Origin: Isoptericola halotolerans
Lineage (GTDB): Bacteria > Actinomycetota > Actinomycetes > Actinomycetales > Cellulomonadaceae
Length of the DNA stretch: 64,000 nt
NCBI RefSeq assembly: GCF_013149785.1
Contig: NZ_JABEZU010000001.1
Location: 62,001 to 126,000 of the forward strand
Direction: 5' to 3'
A program made the position numbers and the translations under genes. Positions 57,118 to 64,000 of this stretch are shown in pieces. The notes beneath the pieces were generated by a model. The model searched no databases and had not been told where the DNA came from. It worked only from the letters and a program-made list of their open reading frames with translations. The stretch's first letter is position 1; the number at the start of each line of letters is the position of its first letter.

Positions 57118-57992
57118 TCACCCTGGCCTACGGCACCAACGGGCTCGCCGACCACCGGCTCGAGGACGCCCTCGCCCTGCTGGCCGACCACGGCTACGGC
57201 GGTGTGGCGCTGACACTCGACCACATGCACCTGGACCCGCTGGCCCCCGGGCTGGCGGCCCGCACGGCGCGGGTGCGCGGGATGCTCGAACGCCACGACC
57301 TGCAGGTGGTCGTCGAGACCGGGGCCCGCTACGTGCTCGACCCACGTCGCAAGCACGAACCCACCCTGCTGTCCGACGACGGGCACGAACGCCGCCTCGA
57401 CCTGCTGCGCACCGCCGTCGACGCCGCCGTGGACCTGGGCGGGTCGGTCGTCCACCTGTGGTCCGGGGTGCTCCCTGCCGGGACGACGCCCGAGGTCGGG
57501 CGGGAACGGTTGCGGTCCGGGCTGGAGAAACTGCTCCCCGTCGCCGAGGCCGCGGGCGTGGTGCTGGCCTTCGAGCCGGAGCCCGGCATGCTCGTCGAGC
57601 GTGTCGACGACCTGGTGGACCTGCGCTGTGGGCTCGGGGACCCGGCGGCGCTGCGGCTCACCGTCGACGTGGGGCACCTGACCTGCGTGGAGGACGAGCC
57701 CGGGCCCGAGGTGATCCGACGCGTGGGTGACCTGATCGCCCACGTCCAGGTGGACGACATGGTCCGCGGCGTGCACGAGCACCTCGAGCTCGGCACCGGG
57801 ACCGTCGACCTGCCCGGCGTCCTCGCTGCCCTGCACGAGACGGGCTTCGACGGTCTTGCGGCCGTGGAGCTGCCGCGCCACTCGCACGCCGGCGCGCGGC
57901 TCGTCGCCTCGAGCGCGGCGGCGATCCGTGCCGCCGCCCGCACCGCCGACATCCCCCTCGCGCCGTCGACCAGGAGGTTGGTCCCGCAATGA
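57114..57992 (+). CDS. Sugar-phosphate isomerase/epimerase (xylose-isomerase-like TIM barrel)
   Basis: YGTNGLADH, ETGARY, FEPEPGM, DVGH, HVQVDDM..HEHL, VEL. Confidence 0.88.
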   Translation: MITLAYGTNGLADHRLEDALALLADHGYGGVALTLDHMHLDPLAPGLAARTARVRGMLERHDLQVVVETGARYVLDPRRKHEPTLLSDDGHERRLDLLRTAVDAAVDLGGSVVHLWSGVLPAGTTPEVGRERLRSGLEKLLPVAEAAGVVLAFEPEPGMLVERVDDLVDLRCGLGDPAALRLTVDVGHLTCVEDEPGPEVIRRVGDLIAHVQVDDMVRGVHEHLELGTGTVDLPGVLAALHETGFDGLAAVELPRHSHAGARLVASSAAAIRAAARTADIPLAPSTRRLVPQ

Positions 57993-58597
57993 TCGCTGAT
58001 ATCGACGCCAAGCTCCTGCTCGGCACCGACCAGGAGGAACGGCTCGCCCCGCTGCTGACCGAGGTCCGCCGCGACCCCGCCACGCTGACCCGGCACGTCG
58101 CCCGGGCCGCCCGCGTCGTCGGCCGCGGCCCAGGCCCGTACGGTCACCGCGTCGAGGACGTCGCCCGCGCCCGGTTGCTGCTCGCCGCCTGCGAGACGCT
58201 CGGCCCGCAGGCGGCCGCCGACGTCGTCGCGGAGCAGTACGGCAGCGGGGACGCCGACGAACGGCGTGCCGTGCTGATCGCCCTGCCCGCCCTGGACGCC
58301 GGACCCGAGGGCATCGGGGACGCCGCCGTCCCCGTCGTCCTCGACGCGCTGCGCACCAACGACACCCGTCTGGTCGCCGCGGCCATGGGGCCGTACGCCG
58401 CCGAGCACCTGCCCGACGACGCCTGGCGTCACGGGGTGCTCAAGTGCCTGTTCACCGGTGTGCCGCTGGCGGCCGTCGCCCACCTCGAGGCCCGCCGCGA
58501 CGCCGAGCTCGACCGCATGGTCCGCGCCCTCGCCGACGAACGACGGGCGGCAGGTCGCGACGTCCCCGACGACGCCACCCGGCTCCTCGCCCGCTGA
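57989..58597 (+). CDS. eboA: EboA-domain protein
   Basis: GDADERRAVL, DALRTND..L, WRHGVLKCLFTG, ERRAAGRDVP. Confidence 0.85.
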   Translation: MIADIDAKLLLGTDQEERLAPLLTEVRRDPATLTRHVARAARVVGRGPGPYGHRVEDVARARLLLAACETLGPQAAADVVAEQYGSGDADERRAVLIALPALDAGPEGIGDAAVPVVLDALRTNDTRLVAAAMGPYAAEHLPDDAWRHGVLKCLFTGVPLAAVAHLEARRDAELDRMVRALADERRAAGRDVPDDATRLLAR

Positions 58598-58674
58598 CCC
58601 GCACCGGCTGCGCCCGACCTCGCCCGACTGAAAACCCCTCCGCACCGCCGCGGACCGACCCCGAGGAGAGCCCC

Positions 58675-59556
58675 GTGCGCATCTTCGACCCGCACATCCA
58701 CATGACCTCCCGGACCACCGACGACTACGAGGCGATGTACGCCGCCGGGGTGCGCGCCGTCGTCGAGCCCGCGTTCTGGCTCGGCCAGCCCCGCACCTCC
58801 GTCGGGTCCTTCGTCGACTACTTCGACGGCCTGCTCGGCTGGGAGAGGTTCCGCGCGAGCCAGTTCGGCATCGCGCACCACGCCACCATCGCCCTCAACC
58901 CCAAGGAGGCGAACGACCCGCGGTGCCTCGGGGTGCTCGACGTCCTGCCGCGATACCTGGAGAAGGACGGCGTCGTGGCCGTCGGCGAGATCGGGTTCGA
59001 CTCGATGACCGACGCCGAGGAGACCGTCATGGTGCGCCAGCTCGAGCTCGCCGGGGAGCACGACCTGCCGGTCATGGTGCACACCCCGCACCGCGACAAG
59101 GTGGCCGGTACGCGCCGCACCCTCGAGATCGTGCAGCAGGTCGGCCTGCCCCCCGAGCGGGTGCTCGTGGACCACCTCAACGAGAAGACCGTCGACCTGG
59201 TCGACGACGCCGGGTGCTGGGCCGGGTTCTCGGTGTACCCCGACACGAAGATGGACGAGGACCGCATGGTCGCGATCCTGGAGCGTCGCGGCCTGGACCG
59301 GGTGCTCGTCAACTCCGCCGCCGACTGGGGCCGCTCCGACCCGCTGAAGACCTACCGCACCGGGCAGGCGATGCTCGCCGGCGGGTACACCGACGACGAC
59401 GTCGATCGCGTGCTGTGGCGCAACCCGGTCGCCTTCTACGGACAGAGCGGCCGGTTGCTGCTCGACGACGGCTCCCTCGATGCCACCGTCGGTGCCTCCG
59501 CCGCGGACTTCGAGGGCAACACGCTGCAGCGCGGCGAACCGGTGGGGCTGGCCTGA
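58675..59556 (+). CDS. eboB: TatD-family metallohydrolase (EboB)
   Basis: DPHIHMTSRTTDDYEAM, EPAFWLGQPR, LNPKEAN, VHTPHRDK, NSAADWG.SDPL. Confidence 0.9.
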   Translation: MRIFDPHIHMTSRTTDDYEAMYAAGVRAVVEPAFWLGQPRTSVGSFVDYFDGLLGWERFRASQFGIAHHATIALNPKEANDPRCLGVLDVLPRYLEKDGVVAVGEIGFDSMTDAEETVMVRQLELAGEHDLPVMVHTPHRDKVAGTRRTLEIVQQVGLPPERVLVDHLNEKTVDLVDDAGCWAGFSVYPDTKMDEDRMVAILERRGLDRVLVNSAADWGRSDPLKTYRTGQAMLAGGYTDDDVDRVLWRNPVAFYGQSGRLLLDDGSLDATVGASAADFEGNTLQRGEPVGLA

Positions 59557-60758
59557 TGCGGTTCCGTCACCCCGACGGCACCGTCCTGCACGTCTCCTAC
59601 GGCACCAACGTCCACCCGGCGCAGGATGTGGACGGCCTGGTCGACCAGCTCCGCCGGTTCGCCGGCCCCGTGCGGCGGCGCCTCGGCGCGGACCGGCTCG
59701 GCCTGGGGCTGTGGCTGCCCGCCGAGGCCACGCACCGGCTCGCCGCCGACCCCTCCGCCGTCGGTCTGCTGCGCAAGGCGCTCGAGCACGAGGGCCTGGA
59801 GGTCGTCACCGTCAACGCCTTCCCCTACGGCAACTTCCACGCGCCGGTAGTGAAGAAGGCCGTCTACCGGCCGGACTGGACGCAGGACGCCCGCCTGGAC
59901 TACACGCTCGACTGCGCACAGGTGCTCACCGAGCTGCTGCCCGACGACGTCGCGCGCGGCAGCATCAGCACGTTGCCGCTGGGGTGGCGCGAGCCTTGGG
60001 ATGCCACCCGGTCCGCTGCCGCCCGCGACCGGCTCGACCGCCTCGCGGACGGGCTCGGGGTGCTCGAGGACCGGACCGGCCGGACGGTGCGCGTCGCGTT
60101 CGAGCCCGAGCCGGGCTGCCTCGCCGAGACGGCCACCGGCCTCGCGGACCACCTGCGCGGCGTCGACACCGACCGCCTGGGCGCCTGCGTCGACCTGTGC
60201 CACCTCGCCACGGAGTTCGAGGAGCCGACGGCGGCGCTCGCGGCGCTCCGCGGGGCCGGCCTGCCCGTGGTCAAGACGCAGGTCTCGGCCGCGCTGCACT
60301 GCGAGGACCCGCGTGACCCGGCGGCGCTGGAGGCCCTGGAGGAGTTCGCCGAGGCGCGGTTCCTGCACCAGGTGCGCGAGCGGCACGTGACCGGATCGGC
60401 CGGCACCGGTGGTACCGCCGTCGAGCGTCGCGACGACCTGCCGGACGCGCTGGGCCGGGTGGACGGCACACCCGGCCTGCCCGGAGACGGCCCCTGGCGG
60501 GTGCACGTGCACGTCCCGCTGCACGCCACCCCGCGCCCGCCGCTGCGGAGCACCCGGGACGTGCTGACCGACGCGTTGGACCTGCTCGTCGGCGGCCCGC
60601 ACCCCGTGGTGGACCACCTGGAGACCGAGACGTACACCTGGTCGGTGCTGCCCGCCCACCTGCGCCCGCGGGACGACGACGGCCTCGTGGCCGGTATCGC
60701 CGCCGAGCTGGCGTGGACCCGCGGACAGCTCGTCGACCGAGGGATGGGGGCGCTGTGA
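59556..60758 (+). CDS. eboE: EboE TIM-barrel protein
   Basis: YGTNVHP, LGLGLWL, NAFPYGNFH..VK..VYRPDW, EPEPGC, WRVHVHVP, HLETETYTW. Confidence 0.9.
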   Translation: MRFRHPDGTVLHVSYGTNVHPAQDVDGLVDQLRRFAGPVRRRLGADRLGLGLWLPAEATHRLAADPSAVGLLRKALEHEGLEVVTVNAFPYGNFHAPVVKKAVYRPDWTQDARLDYTLDCAQVLTELLPDDVARGSISTLPLGWREPWDATRSAAARDRLDRLADGLGVLEDRTGRTVRVAFEPEPGCLAETATGLADHLRGVDTDRLGACVDLCHLATEFEEPTAALAALRGAGLPVVKTQVSAALHCEDPRDPAALEALEEFAEARFLHQVRERHVTGSAGTGGTAVERRDDLPDALGRVDGTPGLPGDGPWRVHVHVPLHATPRPPLRSTRDVLTDALDLLVGGPHPVVDHLETETYTWSVLPAHLRPRDDDGLVAGIAAELAWTRGQLVDRGMGAL

Positions 60759-62137
60759 ACCGGATGCTGGTGCTCGACGTGGTCGGGCTGACCCCGCGCC
60801 TGCTGGCGCACATGCCGCGCCTGCGGGCGTTCGCCGACGGCGGGAGCCGGGCCGAGCTCGGCACCGTGCTGCCCGCCGTGACGTGCACGGTGCAGTCGAC
60901 GTTCCTCACCGGCCTGCCGCCGTCGGAGCACGGCATCGTGGCGAACGGCTGGTTCTTCCGCGACCTGGGGGAGCCGCTGCTGTGGCGCCAGCACCACCGG
61001 CTGGTCGGCGGGGAGAAGGTGTGGGAGACGATCCGTCGCGAGCGCCCGGGGTACCGCGTGGCGAACGTGTGCTGGTGGTACGCGATGGGTTCGACGGCGG
61101 ACACGACGATCACCCCGCGGCCCGTCTACCACGCCGACGGGCGCAAGGACCCGGACTGCTGGACGTGGCCCCCGGAGCTGCACGACGAGCTGGAGGCCGA
61201 GATCGGGCCGTTCCCGCTGTTCACCTACTGGGGCCCGACGGCGGGCATCGCCTCCTCGCGGTGGATCGTCGCCGCGGCACGCAGGCTCCTGCCCGAGCAC
61301 GACATGACGCTCGTGTACGTGCCGCACCTGGACTACGACCTGCAGCGGTTCGGACCGGACGGCCCGGAGGCGGTGGCAGCGGCACGCGCGGTGGACGAGG
61401 TGCTGGCGCCGCTGCTGGACGACGCCGAGCGGTCGGGGACCACCGTCGTCGCGCTGAGCGAGTACGGCATCACGGCCGCGCGCCGACCGGTGGACGTGAA
61501 CCGCGCACTGCGCCGGGCGGGCCTGCTGCACGTGCACACCAACGCCACGGGCGAGCTGCTGGACCCGTGGACGTCGCGGGCCTTCGCGGTGGCGGACCAC
61601 CAGGTGGCGCACGTCTACGTGCACGACCCGGCCGACGTGCCCGCGGTGGCGGAGCTCCTCGGCGGTCTGCCCGGCGTCGCCGAGGTGCTGGACTCCGTAG
61701 GGAAGGCGGCCCACGACCTGGACCACGAGCGGTCCGGGGACCTGGTGCTGGTCGCGGAGCCGGACGCCTGGTTCACGTACTACTACTGGCTCGACGACGA
61801 GCGCGCACCGGACTTCGCGCGGTCGGTGGAGATCCACAAGAAGCCGGGGTTCGACCCGGCGGAGCTGTTCTGGGACCCGCAGGACCGTTGGGTGAAGGGC
61901 CGGGCGCTGCTGCACGTGCTGCGCAAGAAGACGGGGCTGCGCTCGACGATGCGGGTGGTGCCGCTGGACCCGTCCCCGGTGGGCGGGACGCACGGGCGGC
62001 TGCCGGCCGACCCGGCGGACGGTCCGGTGCTGCTGTGCTCGGAGCCGGACGCGCTGCCGGGCGAGAGCCGGGTGGAGGCGACCGAGGTGCGCGACCTGCT
62101 GCTCAGGCTGTCGCGGCAGCCGAGCCCGGTGCGGTGA
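60755..62137 (+). CDS. eboF: Alkaline-phosphatase-superfamily nucleotide pyrophosphatase (EboF)
   Basis: LDVVGLT, PAVTCTVQST, HGIVANGW, YVPHLDYDLQRFGP, LSEYG, IHKKPGFDP.EL, GTHGR. Confidence 0.9.
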   Translation: MNRMLVLDVVGLTPRLLAHMPRLRAFADGGSRAELGTVLPAVTCTVQSTFLTGLPPSEHGIVANGWFFRDLGEPLLWRQHHRLVGGEKVWETIRRERPGYRVANVCWWYAMGSTADTTITPRPVYHADGRKDPDCWTWPPELHDELEAEIGPFPLFTYWGPTAGIASSRWIVAAARRLLPEHDMTLVYVPHLDYDLQRFGPDGPEAVAAARAVDEVLAPLLDDAERSGTTVVALSEYGITAARRPVDVNRALRRAGLLHVHTNATGELLDPWTSRAFAVADHQVAHVYVHDPADVPAVAELLGGLPGVAEVLDSVGKAAHDLDHERSGDLVLVAEPDAWFTYYYWLDDERAPDFARSVEIHKKPGFDPAELFWDPQDRWVKGRALLHVLRKKTGLRSTMRVVPLDPSPVGGTHGRLPADPADGPVLLCSEPDALPGESRVEATEVRDLLLRLSRQPSPVR

Positions 62138-63332
62138 GGGAGCCCGGTGCGGTGGCCTCCCTGACCAGCAGGGACGGTTCGGCGAACGCGTGCTCGACGG
62201 CGGCGTGGGCACCCCCGAGCACGCCCGCCCGTGCTCCGGCGAGGCTGGTGACGACCCGCAGGTGCTGGGTCGCCAGCGGCAGCGAGCGGGAGTAGACGAC
62301 CTCGCGGATCCCGGCGATCAGGTGCTCGCCGGCCCGGGACATGGATCCGCCGATGACGATGGCGGACGGGTTGAGCAGGCTGACGCAGCCGGCCAGGACG
62401 GCGCCGATCGAGCGGCCGGCGTCGCGGACGGCTGCGGCGGCGCGCAGGTCGCCGTGGCGGACCAGCTCGACGACGTCGCTGGTGGTCCGGGCGGGGACGC
62501 CTCGCTCGGTGAGCCGGGCCGCGACGGCCGCGCCGCCGGCGATCGCCTCGAGACAGCCGGTGTTGCCGCAGGTGCACCGCACGGGCTCGGCACCGGGGAC
62601 GGCGATGTGGCCGAGGTCCCCGGCGCTGCCCTGGGCGCCTCGGTGGATGCGGCCCTCGGCGACGATCCCCGAGCCGATGCCGGTCGCCACCTTGACGAAC
62701 AGCAGGTGGCCGACGTCGGGCAGGGCGGTGGCGTGCTCGCCCAGGGCCATGAGGTTGACGTCGTTGTCGACCAGGACGGCGACGTCGCCGAGGCGGTGTC
62801 GGAGCGCTCCCACGACGTCGCTGCCGTCCCAGCCGGGCATGATCGGCGGTTTCGTCGGCCGCCCGGTGGCGTGGTCGACGGGGCCGGGGAGCCCGACGCC
62901 GACGCCGACGACGTCGCTCAGGGGGCGGCCGAGGTCGCCGGCGAGCCGGCTCACGAGGGCGGCGACACGGTCGAGGACGACGTCCGGCCCGTCGGCGATG
63001 CTCAGCGACTCCAGGTGTCCGGCGAGCTCTCGGCCGGCGAGGTCGGTGAGCGCGACCCGCGCGTGGGTGGCGCCGAGGTCGACACCCGCGACCAGGCGGG
63101 CGCCGGGGGAGAGCGCGAACATCGCGGCGGGGCGGCCGCCGGTGGACTCGGCGCCTCCGACGGGGGCCACCAGGCCGAGTCGCAGCAGCTCGTCGATGCG
63201 CGTCGCGATGGTGGACCGGGAGAGCCCCGCGGTCCGGGCGAGCTCCGCGCGGGTGCGATACCGCCCGTCACGCAGCAGGTGCAGGACGGCACCGAGCTCG
63301 GGTGCCGGAACGGTGGCCATCCTCCGAGTCAA
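62103..63332 (-). CDS. ROK-family transcriptional repressor
   Basis: N-terminal HTH TRAELARTAGLSRSTI, STGGRP, VDNDVNLMALGE, GDLGH..CTCGNTGCLE; start TTG 63332 or ATG 63320. Confidence 0.93.
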   Translation of the reverse strand: MTRRMATVPAPELGAVLHLLRDGRYRTRAELARTAGLSRSTIATRIDELLRLGLVAPVGGAESTGGRPAAMFALSPGARLVAGVDLGATHARVALTDLAGRELAGHLESLSIADGPDVVLDRVAALVSRLAGDLGRPLSDVVGVGVGLPGPVDHATGRPTKPPIMPGWDGSDVVGALRHRLGDVAVLVDNDVNLMALGEHATALPDVGHLLFVKVATGIGSGIVAEGRIHRGAQGSAGDLGHIAVPGAEPVRCTCGNTGCLEAIAGGAAVAARLTERGVPARTTSDVVELVRHGDLRAAAAVRDAGRSIGAVLAGCVSLLNPSAIVIGGSMSRAGEHLIAGIREVVYSRSLPLATQHLRVVTSLAGARAGVLGGAHAAVEHAFAEPSLLVREATAPGSLTAPGSAAATA

Positions 63333-63381
63333 CCACAGTTCAGGTAGGCGCTGCAGGAAGTTGTGGCTCTGATCGCCATCT

Positions 63382-63414
63382 TTTGCTTGACGGATGGCAG
63401 AAGTGGGCTAGGGT
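63382..63414 (+). promoter_or_regulatory. Promoter with a second copy of the putative ROK operator
   Basis: TTTGCTTGACGGATGGCAGAAGT; TTGACG-16-TAGGGT, same geometry as at 55003. Confidence 0.75.
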
Positions 63415-63731
63415 CGTGCCATGGTCAGGGAGGACCCCGCAGCACTGTCGCTGCCGAACAGACATCGCGAGCCCGGATGGCCGGGTGTCGCGACTCATCG
63501 CGGGTGGACGGGCACCGTCCGCGACGCGTCGAGCCCCACGGAGCGCAGGGCGCACCCCGGTGACGGGTGTCAGGGCTCGATGCCCGTCACCACCTCCCGC
63601 AGCACGGGACGGCAGTCCGTCCGCTGCGGGTCCCGGACGTGAGGAACCCCGCCAGGACCCGGTTCCGTCGTGCCAGCGACGGGGGTGCACGGCGGGGCAC
63701 TCACGCACCTCATCCACAGAAGGGAAGTGCG

Positions 63732-64000
63732 ATGGTCAAGTCTAGACGTCCACGGTTCACCGTGGCGCTGGCGGCGGTGTTCGCGCTGGCACTGCCAGCG
63801 GTGGCCGCGGCCCACGACGGCGTCGATCACGGCGCGGAGGAGGGCGCCGACGCGGCGCTCGACTGGTCGAACTACGAGAAGATCCTGCTCACCAAGGACG
63901 TGGGCGAGCCCATCGGGCTCTCGGTCATGCCGGACGGCAGCGTGCTCCACAGCGCGCGCACCGGCGAGATCCGGCACACCGACCCGTCGACCGGCGTCAC
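63732..64000 (+). CDS. Secreted PQQ/sorbosone-dehydrogenase-like beta-propeller protein (5' part, runs off the window)
   Basis: Signal peptide MVKSRRPRFTVALAAVFALALPAVAAA, then YEKILLTKDVGEPIGLSVMPDGSVLHSARTG; AAGGG RBS. Confidence 0.65.
   Translation, partial: MVKSRRPRFTVALAAVFALALPAVAAAHDGVDHGAEEGADAALDWSNYEKILLTKDVGEPIGLSVMPDGSVLHSARTGEIRHTDPSTGV

Noticed and set aside
55043..62137. Scytonemin biosynthesis, or the housekeeping mycothiol/PI ino1 locus
   Set aside because: No scy core genes in view; the synthase is embedded in an ebo operon and lacks the usual housekeeping context
1..64000. Hundreds of long Arg/Pro/Gly-rich or antisense ORFs in the track (e.g. 39046-42066, 42882-45167, 20512-22563, 59900-62212)
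   Set aside because: Shadow frames of real genes caused by stop-codon scarcity at very high GC; no family motifs
1..64000. CRISPR array, tRNA or rRNA genes
   Set aside because: No regularly spaced repeat-spacer series, cloverleaf or rRNA-like segment seen by eye

Overview
Very high-GC actinobacterial chromosomal DNA, most likely Micrococcales (Cellulomonas/Isoptericola-like; inferred from codon bias, gene families and many TANNNT-leaderless starts). About 70 genes, mostly accessory metabolism, redox and stress genes with local regulators. Recognisable blocks: a LexA-boxed DUF222/HNH gene; a PhzF gene broken by an 11-bp tandem duplication; a decayed mobile-element patch (virD4/traG relic plus a transposon-like end next to a DsbA/AraC module); a GH35/LacI/Gfo-Idh-MocA sugar locus; a copper-uptake operon (two YcnI, CopC-CopD); uxuA; a CoA-persulfide reductase/CstR-like operon with an unannotated 53-aa Cys-rich protein; an HU-like small protein plus a glmS copy; a Mn-type ABC transporter; arcD-arcA; a lower-GC two-gene orphan cassette; and an ino1-type ebo operon that shares a 23-bp promoter/operator motif with a secreted sugar-dehydrogenase-like gene next to a ROK regulator. 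No rRNA, tRNA or CRISPR array was seen. All family calls come from motif recognition by eye; no database search was run.
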